This document shows, piece by piece, positions 1 through 19,258 of a stretch of DNA of 64,000 nucleotides (positions are counted from its first letter, which is position 1; every line of letters begins with the position of its first letter). Position numbers and translations under genes: made by a program. The DNA comes from Macrostomum lignano (lineage: Eukaryota), in contig NIVC01000108.1 in NCBI GenBank assembly GCA_002269645.1, positions 434,001 to 498,000 on the forward strand. The letters run 5' to 3'. The notes under the pieces are model-generated. The model had not been told where the DNA came from and searched no databases. It saw only the letters and a list, made by a program, of their open reading frames with translations.

Positions 1-559
1 CAAAATACTTTATAAATTAGGCCTAGCTATAGATGCTTCTTATACCTAACATTTTTAAATTAAATTCTAGACCTTAATAATTTCAACTGGGTGCTAGTCA
101 TTTTTTGCTGAACACTTTCTAAAACTGTTTTTGTATTCTAGAAATGTAGAGTAGGATGGGGAGCTACATAATAACCTTAATTTTAGGGTTGGTCTTTTCC
201 AAAATGAAAATCAGAAAATCTACACTAATTGATAATGTGGCAAGCAAAGCCTTTACTCTTTTTTATTTTATATTTTGTTTGGTTTCATTCTTACCAAGTA
301 TAAATTTTCCTATGTATAAACTCGCCAATTTACTTTATTATTATAATATATTTTTACTTATGAATATGATCCTAGTTGATGTCATTATTTCTCTACATGG
401 AAATTTCCCATTTTTAACCCTTAATGTGTTTTAGGTTTCCTACCCCTGTAATTTCATTTTACTGTTATTTGAAAAAGGTTATATCTGATATTTAGTTGTT
501 AACCCCAAGACTGCGGATAGCCTACTCTGCAGGTCATGGTCTCATATCTATGGTCTCAG

Positions 560-880
560 TGTCTCTATAGCAATTTGGGTATCAGAAAAATTTGGCTGAA
601 AGCTACTGGATCTTTGTTAGCATTCTTGGGTTGCAGCAAATCTGGATTGACACCTGGCATGCCAAGGAACTCAGGGTCCTAGTTTGGCTTTTGATCTTGG
701 CCAGGGTGGCATGCATGCCAAACATTGGTTGCACCATGGGCAGCGGCTAAGCCTTCATCTAGCTTTTGCATTTCTATGCCTCCTTGTTTGGTTTTGTCCT
801 CATTATCAGTTAAAAAACTGTCATCTTCTTCAAACTTAGGATCAGTATCAGTATCAAAATGCTCTGCTTGAGCCATAATG
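560..880 (-). pseudogene. Possible decayed piggyBac-like transposase N-terminal fragment
   Basis: Reading through the TAG at 679 gives an acidic stretch (DTDTDPKFEEDDSFLTDNED) followed by DPEFLGMPGVNPDLLQPKNANKDPVAFSQIFL, resembling the F-x-G-x-PG...P-x-x-FF-x-x-F pattern of piggyBac N-termini. Several stops; weak similarity only. Confidence 0.25.
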
Positions 881-1739
881 ACAATAAATAGTTTTTTAAA
901 AATTGAAAAGGATGTTAATAGAAACTGCTCTAGCTTAAAACTGAGCCACAAGCTATACAAATACAATCCAAAAGTTTTGAAGACTAAATACTCAGTAGGA
1001 GCTGCTACTGCAAACTAAAGACATGTTACCAAAGATTAAACAATGTTTATGGCCTACAGGGCAGGCCAAGCTGCAAATTGTGTCTATGGCATGAACTTAT
1101 CAACACAGTCTAGGGTTTAACAATAGTTGTTATTTTTATTATATAGTCTCTATGCCCTAGGATAATGATTTTCTAAAGATTAAAACTATTATTTCTATAA
1201 ATAGTAGGCCTATATTTATATGGACATGGTGGAATAGTTTGTTTAAATGATAGACCCTATAGTATTTTAACAATTTTAACAAATGTTTTTGGTGGCATAA
1301 CACTTTTCTCTTATCTTTATTTCTATTGCCTAGCAAACAAACTAGTTTACAAGTGAAAAAGTTTTTATCTATTCAGCAAACTGTTAGTAGACAAAATAAA
1401 TAAAAGCATTTAAACTAGGGCCTACTATAATGAAGCAATTTTTAAAGTAAATGAGCTGCACATGTTTTTATTACTTTTTAATTGCTTAATTGGTTACTTT
1501 GTGCTGTAGTTATAGGCATTTGATTTCTAAAAATAAAAAAACAAGATTTTTTCATTACTAGGCCCTATTGTTTATATAATATAATGGTCATTTAGCTGAA
1601 TTGAATATCTAACAAATCAAGTTTTTTAATAACAATGCTAATTATGCTAATTAAGGACAGTGATAATTATAATCCTGACACCAAAATATAAAGTTATAGG
1701 CTAAAGAAAAAAGATAAAATAATGATGCAGAACTTATAA

Positions 1740-2100
1740 GACCTATATTTTATAAACCCTATTTTTCACAACGTTGAAAATAAGCAATGCAGCAGATTTT
1801 TTACAACACCTAAATTTCACAAGCCCTATATTTCATTATACCTAAAAGGCATGCAAAGATTTCCACAAGCCCTAAATTTCACAATTTTACAACACAATTT
1901 AGGGCTTGTGAAATTTATAGTTTATCCAGTCTGATCTGATGCAAGTTTTGTTTTCGATGTTGTGAAATTTAAAGCCTGTGAAATTTAGAGCTTATGAAAT
2001 ACTGCGCACAACTTTTCGACGCTGTGAAAAAGTTTATAAAATTTAGAGCTTATGAAAGTTTGTGTCTTGCGACGTTGTGAAATTTAGGGTTTGTGAAAGC
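1740..2100. repeat. Degenerate TGTGAAATTTAGAGCT-type subterminal repeats in both orientations (MITE-like)
   Basis: Repeated TTTCACAAGCCCTAAATTTCAC units up to about 1900, then reverse-complement units GTGAAATTTAGAGCTT/AGGGCTTGTG. Confidence 0.5.
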
Positions 2101-2993
2101 GACCCGCTACAACCCCTAGGCGCTAGGCCTACAACATACTTATTGCACTGCACAGTAACAATAAATAGACTTACCTAACATAAAGCGTCATGACTTAGCC
2201 TAGTTTCTATTAAATGATAAACTAGATAGGATTGGTAAAGAGAAAAGTATAATTTAACTTCCTGTCAATAGTTTTGCGCTTAATATTAAGAACAAGAATT
2301 TTGCATTTATCACCACTTTGGGGTTTCGTAGATGACAAAGAAAAAACACTTTTTCCGCTATTTAAACCTATGCAAACTAAAAACAATAGTTAAAACAAAG
2401 TTTTGATGCATTTTCTTTTCTGTTTGAGTTAAAAAAGAAAAAATTGGATAAATGTGTTTTTTTAGTTTTTTTATTAATTTTTAATGTTTTTACTACTATT
2501 CATATTCACAGCTCTAAAATCACGATTTTTGTCAATCCTTAGGAATTCTGTGATAGCGATCGCTTTTTTATTTATTTGCAATTGTAGTCCTTATCTGTAA
2601 AATTCATATTAAAAATTTCACTTCATCGCAAATGAAGGGACGAATATATGAATAACCTGCGGGCGGTCAATTCGTTGGCTGGGAAAATTGGGTTATAATA
2701 GGAGCAAAGACCGAGTGCAACAGGGTTTTTTTTTGTGCGCAGAGTGTGCGTATGCACCCTAAATTTTAAAATCGCACCCTGAAATTAAAAAAGTAGGTGC
2801 GGTTTAGGTGCGGTCTTATAACCATTTTTCTTTAAAGGCTTAACCATGCTTAAGCTATTTTTTATGCACTGCCTTAAAATATGAAACAAAATAACTCTTT
2901 AAATCCTATTAAGTCATATAGGCGATATAGCCTATAGCTATAGCCTTATGTAAGATATTAAAATATACATTCCGAGTTGTCTGAAATGTGAGC

Positions 2994-5674
2994 AATGTGA
3001 GGGTTTCACGAGAGATATTCAGACAAAGGCTCCCTAAAACACGCCCCGCACCGGGCCCCGAACTGCTACACATTATAACATTTTTGTCAATGCAGTATTT
3101 GATTGCAAGGAAAAGTTAAAATAGTAATGGAATAAATATCTTTATTTATTTTTTTAAATATTATTATTTTTTATATTCTCGTTTTCATTATTAAATTATA
3201 ATATTATTATTTTATTAATATTATTATTAATATCACTTATTGTTCACCGAATTTTATATTTCAAAGTAAAAAAACTAAATTTAATAAAAACTTGAAGCTT
3301 AACAGAAAACGCATTCTGAAGTGTCTTTAGTTATAGTCCAATTTGTTTTAATGTGTAGCGCTGCAGGGCAGTGCGGGGCGTGTTTTAGGGAGACCCATTC
3401 AGACAGACATTCGAAACGATCGTCTGTAACTTTAAACAAAATTGACCCGCTTCAACCATCTTTTTGGCAAATACTTACGCAAGTGTTGGGCGTCGAATAA
3501 GCTTTAATTTATTAACTGAAGTAAAAATCCTTCTGACATGCATTGATTTAAAAATTGCTTAGCAACACTAGCTCTGATTAGAAATCGCTTTACTGTTGAC
3601 TAAAATTGTTTTGATCGTAGCAGCCTAAAAGCAGATACTGGATTTAAAAATGCTTCGATTTACTCTATATGCATGTCTCAGCCCTAAAATGACACCTCAG
3701 GCGTCGCAAAAGACAGCTTTGATGCTGAGATATTCGACACTAAACATGCATTGCTTTGCGCAATCTCACATTCAGAAATTTCACTGATTTTTTGTCGATA
3801 TTTGTGCAGTTGCCATGTCCTTGTTTTTCATCAGAATCTTGTCAAATTCTAGTCATGTCTATACGCATGTCTCAGCTTTAAAATGACACCTCAGGCATTG
3901 CAAAAGACAGCTTTGATGCTGAGATATTCGACACTAAACATTGCTTTGCTCAAACTCACATTCGGAAACTTCACTGATTTTTATTCAATATTTGTTCAGA
4001 TGCTTGTCTACTTCTCCATTTATTAACCATCGCATGGAGCCTTGCTAACGTACAAGTGTATGTAGTTACAGTAAATGGGGTTTTTGTGACTCACTTAAAC
4101 TTGTTTACGCATTCTGCAGCTATTCGCCGCCTTTCATTGGAGTGATTCATGGAGTCCAGTTGATAAATTTCCACAAATTGGACTGCTTCTACGTCAGATC
4201 TCAACATTTGGAACCGTCCTTGAACTATTTCAGAGTTAAGTGAGTTAATGGCATCAAATGGAAGGCTAGTGCTCGTACTTGTAAGCGAAGCAGGTTCACA
4301 ATTGAAATGGTTGTATTCATGGCCATGGGATCTAAACTGATCTGTTTTACTTTCACGATCGCTTTGGTCTCAGAAGGAGCAGCAGTTGATGGACTGAGGT
4401 GAGAAGAAGATGTGTCACGACTTGAGCTGTTTTTAGAAAATATCTTTATCCAATTAAATATTTTCATGCGGCTCCTTAGGTTGTTCCGAATTCCGAGTCT
4501 AGAAGTCAAGACAGAAAAAAAGTTAAGAACTGCTACTGTAGTCCGTAGGGATTGGAAAGCTTAGCAGTACATTAGAAATCGCCTGTTCAATCTAAAAAGT
4601 TTGAAGTACATATAGCTATTGGGTTGCAACAACAGTAGAAAAAATTCTTCCTTTTTATTTTATTCCCACCGCTTACCTCATTCCGATTTGGATAGCAGAA
4701 TTGCCACGCAAAAAAATTAAAAACATAACAATAAACTATTTGCTTCATATTAATTGCCACTGACTGTTAATAAACGCGACGTCAATTTCTCTCAATAACA
4801 GTTGGAACATGTTTCTCGTACACTCGTATATTTATTTGAACCGCAAAGCGGTGAAAAAGTCATGATTGGTTGCCATATGTACAAATGTACACTCACAGAC
4901 TCACTGACTCAGGTACAATCTATGCAATATAAAGGCAGGAATCATTAAAAATCAAATACTTAAGACAGTTTAAGAGAAGTCCAGGTTTAAACTGGACATG
5001 ACTAGAATTTGACAAGTTTCTGATGAAAAACAAGGACACGGCAACTGCACAAATATCGACAAAAAATCAGTGAAATTTCTGAATGTGAGATTGCGCAAAG
5101 CAATGCATGTTTAGTGTCGAATATCTCAGCATCAAAGCTGTCTTTTGCAATGCCTGAGGTGTCATTTTAAAGCTGAGACATGCGTATAGACATGACTAGA
5201 ATTTGACAAGATTCCGACGAAAAACAAGGACATGGCAACTGCACAAACACCGACAAAAAATCAGTGAAACTTCTGAATGTGAGATTGCGCAAAGCAATGC
5301 ATGTTTAGTGTCGAATATCTCAGCATCAAAGCTGTCTTTTGCGACGCCTGAGGTGTCATTTTAAAGCTGAGACATGCATATAGAGTAAATCGAAGCATTT
5401 TTAAATCCAGTATCTGCTTTTAGGCTGCTACGATCAAAACAATTTTAGTCAACAGTAAAGCGATTTCTAATCAGAGCTAGTGTTGCTAAGCAATTTTTAA
5501 ATCAATGCATGTCAGAAGGATTTTTACTTCAGTTAATAAATTAAAGCTTATTCGACGCCCAACACTTGCGTAAGTATTTGCCAAAAAGATGGTTGAAGCG
5601 GGTCAATTTTGTTTAAAGTTACAGACGATCGTTTCGAATGTCTGTCTGAATATCTCTCGTGAAACCCTCACATT
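2994..5674. mobile_element. Foldback element with long inverted arms containing ~195-bp tandem subunits
   Basis: AATGTGAGGGTTTCACGAGAGATATTCAGACA (2994) is the reverse complement of 5640-5674. The left arm (about 3400-3990) matches the right arm (about 5000-5660) in inverted orientation, including an internal tandem duplication. Confidence 0.8.
3026..3396. mobile_element. Mutator-like MITE, copy 1
   Basis: TIR (GGG/AAGG)TCTCCCTAAAACACGC...GCGTGTTTTAGGGAGACCC with a 9-bp TSD ATTCAGACA (3017-3025, 3397-3405). The empty site is visible in the opposite foldback arm at 5640-5655. A second copy lies at 42148-42526. Confidence 0.9.
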
Positions 5675-8236
5675 CTAAACAAGACTCAAGAGAAATTGCA
5701 CTCTGAGCCTTAAAATCGCACCTTGAAATTTGGCACAAGGTGCGATTTCGCACCTTATCTCTGGCGAAAAAAAAAACCCAGGAGTGCAATATGCAATATG
5801 CAAAGTAGGCCTATCTAGTATAGCAGCCACAAGCCCACAGGTACAGTACAGTTACAAATTCAAATGGGCCTATACTTCTACAGAGCAAATGTAACACTCC
5901 TTAGTAGTCTTTGGACTATATGTTGGCGACTCAGTGTTATCTAGGCCTATTCAATGCTCTTCACACCACCATCCATATATAGATAGACCTAGGCCTATAG
6001 TCATATTTTGTGTGATTGCACTGCTTTAAGTTTAGGCACTTTTACTTGTTGAAAACACATTGTTTGTATTTTATTTTTTAATCTGTGTAATATTAGGTCT
6101 TGGGTTGAAAAGTCAAAATCTATTTAGTACCTTTATATTTAATTTGTAATTGTAGTTCAAATTTGAAAGATTCAGATATATTTTTTGTGTTTAATGAATA
6201 ATGTTGTTGAATTTGTTAAAAAAAAACGTTGAAAAAAGCATCATTTTTTTAAAAATTAACTTTAAAAAAATATTTTTTGGCTAGGCCTAATAATACTAGG
6301 CTAGCTTATATTGCTTATTTGGTTCTATTTTTTAAAAAATCATTAGGCCTAGACAATTTTAGTGTAGCCTATTCATTAAAAAAATTAAATGTAAGTTTCA
6401 AAGTATAGGCTAGTCTATATTCTAGCTAGGCCTATTTCTTTTATAGACATCAAAATATTATAATTTTTTAGGGAGGAAACTTCTGCCATTAGCAAATTCT
6501 CACTGTATTACTATCAAAGTGTAGCTATAGGCCTATTTGTTATTCCTAGAATATCCCACAGTAGCTACCAAGTTGTCCTAAGTTTCTATTTATTTTCCTA
6601 CCCAAATTTTAGTCTAGGACTCCTTGTATCATAAAGTAGTCCTTGTAGCAATATCAAGTAGCAAACATTAATCTAATTTTCTTGCTACTAAATTTCTAAT
6701 TTTGGTTCTGTCTAGTTCTAAATAGGCTACCCTAGGATAAAGTTGCCCAATTGGCTAACCACTTACTTTTCTCTTATAGGTTCTCTCTTTTTTTGCTGCT
6801 TTTATACTCAAATTACCAAGTTAGAATGCTTTGCTTTTCTTAGACCAAATCAAAAAGATGGCAAATAAAAACTAAAATCCCAAAAATGCTTATACTTATA
6901 GTATTCAAAGGGAGGTTGGGGTGCATGAAACACAAACAAACAAGTTTTTCCTACAAATATCAATATAACAATTTTTTTCCAAATATAACAAAAATATTTC
7001 AATCTATTTAAAAATATATAACTAAGAATATTTGGCAGAAATGTAAAATAATACCTATGAGAATATTAAAATAGAGCTTGTCTCAACTGGCATCCTTGAT
7101 ACATATTTATAAAAAAACTATATAGTGAGTGAGTAAATATTTAAATATATAAGTATATGCAAATGTGCAAAAATATAATTACAATAGCAAAATATAGACA
7201 AAAAGCATAATTTTTTGGCATTGGAACAAGCAAAGTAATGGAAATATAAAAGGAACTATTATAAAGCACACTATGATACTTTCAAGCAAACATAATATAG
7301 TACTATAAATAATGGAAACAAACAGTTGAGATTTAGCAGGAGGTATACTAGACATATTATAATAATTGCAAATAAGATATAATAATGCAAACAATGTAAT
7401 ATAGCAAAATGAGCATACCATGGTTATTGCAAGCAAAGTATAATATAATAACTGTAACTGCACATGCAAATTGAAAATGAGATACTCTGATTTGAACTAA
7501 AGTTTGGAAAATAATACATTCATATTTATATAAAAATTGACATGCAAATTATAGTGCTAATGCAAAAATGTAATTAAATTTCAGTAATTGGCCTATAGTC
7601 AACTTAGTCATTTAAGTTGAATTCATCCAGCAGAATATTTTGCAAAATGGCCAGCCAACCTGTTTGGCAAGCCACTTAATCTTGATAATCAGAAGCATTC
7701 AGAAATATGTCTGGCTAGCCATATTCAGATTGTGCAATATGTAACTCACAGTGTAATACCATGCGGCTACAGCCTGTTCAGCCATGAATTCTTGTTGGAG
7801 AATGATGCATAAATAAAGTTTGAAAATGTTAACTCAATAAAAAATTAACATTTGCCAAAGTTTTTTTTAATATGATCTGATGTTTCTCAAAAAGCCTTTT
7901 TTGCTACAAAATGCATTTGAAAGATAGGAAATTGCCAGTTTTACTCTAAGTTTCCAATATCTGACTTTAATACATGTGGACCTACAATTTGCAAATGAAG
8001 CAGGCATTCATTTTTAATGTGCAGGTCTAGCATGAAATTATATTGTGATTTAATTATTGTGATACTACTCATACTACTACTTAATTACTTATACTGCTAT
8101 ATTGCTACTAGAATTAGTAATTTATAATAGCAAGTATACAGGAAGTAGTATAGAAAAATTTTTACACACTGAGACATTTTATTTCCTCAGTTTAAAATTA
8201 CTTAAAGGCTAAAGCTAAAAGCTGTCTGTGCAGCAT

Positions 8237-8410
8237 CATACATGCGCAACCTTGGGATTCACCCAGCCGTTTCTATTGGCAACACACACGTAAGTCGCTA
8301 TTGGCTGAGAGCAGTCACGTGACTACTATTCTGTCCAATAGCGACTTGCATGTGTGTGTTGCCAATAGAAACGGCCGGGTGAATCCCTAGGTTGCGCCCA
8401 AGCATGTCTG
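8237..8410. mobile_element. Near-perfect hairpin MITE sharing the CATACATGCGCAAC terminus of the hAT-MITE family
   Basis: 8244-8397 is an inverted repeat (GCGCAACCTTGGGATTCACCCAGCCGTTTCTATTGGCAACACACAC versus its reverse complement) with a short loop containing GTCACGTGAC. Confidence 0.75.
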
Positions 8411-8556
8411 TGCTAGGGGAGTGGCCAGGCTTATAACTAATTCACTAATTAAACCACTGCTCAATGCTCGACTCATTCCATAGTTGTTCTGTAGTCACGT
8501 GACTATAAATCAATGCAATAAAATAATAAGTAAAACTGATTTGGCTTGCAGTCGGC

Positions 8557-11500
8557 ATGAGCTTCAACCTCCTGCTGGACCTGCCGCCACAGGACCCAGA
8601 TGGGCCAGCCATTCAGCACCCCGTGCTGGCTGAGCACTCCTACTGCAAGTCCTGGCGCTTCATTCCAGCGCTGCAGAAATGTCAGCCAAGGCGAACGGCG
8701 CTGTTTGACATGCCTGACAGTCGGGCTGCTGCGCCTGCTGGGTGAGCTGTGGGTCATTGGGTACCTACTTCTGAGCACAGAGGATCCAAGGGTGCTCAGG
8801 GGCTCATCGAAGGATGCAAGGGTGCTCAGGGGCTCACTGAAGGATGCAAGGGTGCTCAGGGGCTGACTGAAGGATGCAAGGGTGCTCAGGGGCTGACTGA
8901 AGGATCAAATAAATTTCATGTTCGAAGATTCTGGGCTCCTTAGCCTACTCACTAGTAGCATTGTGAAGAGCAAGCTATTGATAAAGTTCGCCAATCGAAC
9001 ATCCGATCTCTGGCAGCAACGCGGAGCCGGCCGAAGTGGACGTGGTGTCCGTGGCGCCGGCGGAGGCCAAGCCAGACTGCATTGTCGATCGGGCCGAATG
9101 GCGCAGCGAGCGCTGCATGCTGCACCGCCTGCAGCTCATCGGCGTGGCCGAGTGCCCCGAGCCTGACCAGTGGGAGGACCAGGTGTCCAGGTGAGTGGGA
9201 TCCGTATCGGCTTGGAATCTTTATCCTCATATCTGCTTTTGAGTCTTTATCCTCATATCGGCTTTGAGTCTTTATCATCATCTCGGCTTGAGTCTTTATC
9301 CTCATATCGGCGTTTTAGTCTTTATTATCCTTATCTCGGCTTTGAGTCTTTATCCCCATCTAGGCTTTGAGTCTTTATCCCCATCTAGGCTTTGAGTCTT
9401 TATCCCCATCTAGGCTTTGAGTCTTTATCCCCATCTAGGCTTTGAGTCTTTATCCCCATCTAGGCTTTGAGTCTTTATCCCCATCTAGGCTTTGAGTCTT
9501 TATCCCCATCTAGGCTTTGAGTCCTTAATCTTCATTTCGGCTTTTGGGTCTTTCCTCATTGCGGCTTTTGGGTCCTTATCCTCATTTTTCTTTAAATCCT
9601 TAAGCCTCTACAAGCTCATTTTGCCACCGCCACTCGCAGGGCGGGCTGGACAATGCAGCACAACCGCCTGTTCGACTCCATCGTTCAAATGCTGATGAGC
9701 GACGTGCTGGCCAGCTCGGTGACCCAGTCGGTAAGCAGCCCGGCTCGGCGGTGACGATAACCGGGGTTCGATTTGGGTCTTGTCGTTCAATTGGCGCCCA
9801 TGAGGGCCGCCAAACCCTGCGTGCTTGACGATTTTAAAAAGTCTCCTCGTCTTTGTCTTGGCCGTCAACATTTGCTGGCTGGTTTCTGGAGCAGCGGCTG
9901 AACACTTCCTCGCCTCCCCATCCCCGCAGCTGTCCCACTGGGATGTGCACCGCTGCCTGCAGGTAAAGCGCCTGGCCCGCAGCCTCCGCAAGCTGCTCGG
10001 CCTGTACCAGTGGGATCGGGCCTTCCTGCTGCGCGCCCACACCGCCCTCATTCACCACCTGCCGCTGCGCTTGCTGGCCTCCTACCTGGACGGCCTGACC
10101 GCGCTAAACCGCCGGCACCCGGCGCTGGTGCAGCAGACTCTCTTATCCGGCACTGGCGGCGCCAGCGAGCGGCTCGCCAGCGGCGGCTGCGGGCGGGCCA
10201 ACATCACTGGACAGGTGCGAGACTGCTTATTGTGCCTGATCCTATTGGCTGGGCCACTCGCCACCCAGATCCTCACCACCCTCCCAGATCCTCACCCACC
10301 TTCCCAGATCCTCACCCACCCTCTCAGGTCCTCACCCACCCTCTCAGATCCTCACCCACCCTCCCAGATCCTCACCCACCCTCCCAGATCCTCACCCACC
10401 CTCCCAGATCCTCACCCACCCTCTCAGATCCTCACCCACCCTCCCAGATCCTCACCCACCCTCTCAGGTCCTCACCCACCTTCCCAGATCCTCATCCACA
10501 CTCCCAGATCCTCACCCACCTTCCCAGATCCTCACCCACCCTCTCAGATTCTTAGTCACTCTCCCAGATCCCCATTCACCCTTCCAGATCCTCACCCACC
10601 TTCCCAGATCCTCATCCACACTCCCAAATTCTCACCACCCTCCCAGATCCCCATTCACCCTCCCAGATCCTCATCCACCCTTCCAGATCCTCACCCACCC
10701 TCCCAGTTCCTCACCACTCAGTTCCTCATCCACCCTCCCAGATCCACATCTCCCCAATTATCAACGCTTCCTTAACCGCAGGTGCGCGAGCTGGTCGTGG
10801 GCGCAGCTGAGCCGGACTCGCTGGAGCGCCGCCTGTCCCGCGCAGAGATCCAGGGAGTGCAGCCGCCGCTGCTGCCCGAGCCGGGCCAGCAGCCGAAGCT
10901 GGGCCTGGTGCTGCTGTCCAGCCTGCCAGCCGCCAGTTCCCGACTGCAGTCGCTGGCCGCGGCTCTCGGCCGTCTCGGCCGGGTGAATATTGTAGACGGT
11001 CGGGTAGCGGCCGGCTGCAGCGTGTCCGAGTACTGCAGACAGGTGGGCTGGGCGAATCCCCTGTGTCTCGCAATCATTTCCTGATTTTTTCAAGACAATC
11101 ACATCAAGCCGTTTGGCCCTCAACTCGCATCTGCAGCTGCTGGTCCGATTCCGCGCCCAGCTGAACCAGCCCGACCTGGACCGGGTCCTGGCTGTCTGTC
11201 TCGGCCCCTCGGCCTGCCTGGCCGGCACCTACCTGCTCTGCACTGTGCAGCGCCGCAACCAGCTGCCCGACTGCCTGGCCGGCTGCGTCCTCATTGGCCC
11301 GCCTAGCCGGGACATCTTTGGCCGGCGTGGCTTCCCTGAGGACCACCTGCTGCACCACAGCCTGCCCAGCCTGCTGCTGCTGGGCACGGAGACCGGCTTC
11401 GTCTGCCCGGACGAGCTGGACTGGCTGCGGCAGCGCTGGCCGGCCAAATCCCGCTTAGTGCTGTTCCCCGGCTGCGACCACTACCTGCGCGCCGGCCACC

Positions 11501-12054
11501 GCTGGCTGCGCGCCCTCCGCCTCTGCCAGGCGGGCGTGGATGCCCGGGCCGCCACTGAGGTAGCCGACTTTGTCCGACGGGACATCTTCGACGTATCAGC
11601 CGGACGAGAAGCGGAAGCGGACGAGCCGGCGTCCGAGATCGGAAGCGAGGACACTGCGGACGCGGTGCCGTCTCCGGCTAGCGGCGCCGTCCAGTCGCCG
11701 TCATTCCCGGCGATGCCGATGCCCCTGTCGCTGCAGCTGCAGGCTCCGCCTACCGCGGCCTCTTCGTCGGCGTCTTCGCCGGCGCCAGCCACGCCGACCT
11801 CCGCGTTTGGTGGCGGCAGCGTCGGCAAGAAGCGGAAGCAGCGTCTGCAGGACCGGCTGCCAGCCAAGATGGCCGCCTTTCACTGGGGCCGCGCGCCACT
11901 GGACCCGGGCTCGGCACCTTCGGCTGCGTCAGCATCCGGCTACCGGTTTGAAGCTGCTGCCCCGGCTGCTGCCACCGCGATTGATGCATCGACGGCGCCG
12001 CCGCCGCTTGACGACAAGGAGACTGCCAGCGCTATCAACTCCATCCTGGGTTGA
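8557..12054 (+). CDS. KANSL3: KAT8 regulatory NSL complex subunit 3 (NSL3/Rcd1), 6 coding exons, 651 aa
   Basis: Exons 8557-8741, 9017-9190, 9640-9730, 9930-10214, 10782-11042 and 11095-12054 are all GT-AG and phase-consistent (1956 nt). Motifs EHSYCKSW, EVDVVSV, WEDQVSRAGWTMQHNRLF and LLASYLDGL, plus an alpha/beta-hydrolase-like C-terminal region, match KANSL3 as recalled. Confidence 0.92.
8789..8905. repeat. 30-bp minisatellite (about 4 units), KANSL3 intron 1
   Basis: Unit AAGGATGCAAGGGTGCTCAGGGGCTCACTG. Confidence 0.95.
9215..9560. repeat. 25-bp minisatellite, KANSL3 intron 2
   Basis: Unit GGCTTTGAGTCTTTATCCCCATCTA; homogeneous in the centre, degenerate at the edges. Confidence 0.95.
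10262..10750. repeat. 20-bp C-rich minisatellite, KANSL3 intron 4
   Basis: Unit CCAGATCCTCACCCACCCTC. Confidence 0.95.
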
Positions 12055-13073
12055 GTGCTTTTATAAATTGCTAGACACTATGTGTTGTGTTGGCTTGGCT
12101 AAGCCAGTGCCGTTATAAGACTTGATTAAAACTGCAACTTCAACTCTGTGTGGTCAGCGTAATGTGTAATATACTACAGCTTCGTACTAATACAACTTAT
12201 TACAGCATTTGAATTTTTCTTCACTGCAATTTGTGCTGTTTTGTTAAGTTCTCGAATAATTTTTTCTTCGACTTAAAGGGTAAAGCTCATTTACTTTTAA
12301 TCGATCGGATAGGAGAGTTGTTATACAGTCTATGACTTAGCCTATAATAATCTGCTGTGTGGCCTGGCCTAACAATTCGAGGATGACTCGAGTACGTGGC
12401 ACGATTCGCTAGTGTACCCGATGGCTTTGTTTTTTAGCTATCACATGCTAATGAATCTTGATTGCGTCTAATACGTAAGATCTTGTCACTTTTTATTCGC
12501 GGAGTATTTGGTTTTAAAAGAATCAAATTTACTTTGGTAGCTAGCTATCAAAGGACATTCAGGTGTAGAATTAATACAACACTAAATATTGGATAAAAAG
12601 CGAAATCGTCTACTAAGATTTGCCGCGCAGTGAGCTTAATGTTAATAATTGTTTATAGACCTTGATTGCGTCAAAATTAGTACTAAAGTTTTATTGCGTT
12701 TCATTCTAGTAAACAAGATTTACATTGTCTTTGTTAGAATTCGAATGAAAATGTGACCCGCTGTCCGAAATGAATCAGCTTGCATGCACGTAACCGATTC
12801 GCTCAACCGAATACCTAGTTGAAAATTTAAATTGGCTAATTCAATAGTTATGATGATTAATTAGCATGGTTTAAATTGACATACATCAGAAGATATTATT
12901 GTAACTTATTTTACTATCTGCAAGCACGTCCAACGTTGGTTATTTTATTTTATTAATTATTTAATATTAAATAAGTAAGGTAGCATTAGTCTAGCCCCCC
13001 CCCCTTAACTAAAATCTAAATCTCAGATTAAGCTTTCCTAAGTCCTATATAAGGCTCAAGCCAAATATAAACC

Positions 13074-19258
<6,185 letters not shown>

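Larger units (their letters stand above)
2721..5781. mobile_element. Non-autonomous hAT-like element hosting nested insertions
   Basis: Ends CAGGGTTTTTTTT (2721) and AAAAAAACCCAG (5781, one mismatch), flanked by an exact 8-bp duplication GAGTGCAA (2713-2720 and 5782-5789). An 8-bp TSD with CA-start TIRs is typical of hAT. Confidence 0.75.

Noticed and set aside
4225-4509. ORF in the foldback spacer as a transposase
   Set aside because: No DDE or DNA-binding motif is recognisable.
9825-10775. 316-aa ORF with PHPPSQIL repeats suggesting an extensin-like protein
   Set aside because: Only 9930-10214 is a KANSL3 exon; the rest is the 20-bp intronic minisatellite bounded by good splice sites.
10768-10781. 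TTCCTTAAC U12-type branch motif before the KANSL3 exon 5 acceptor
   Set aside because: It lies only 5 nt from the AG and the donor is U2-type (GTGCGA). At most a converted relic, and not supportable.
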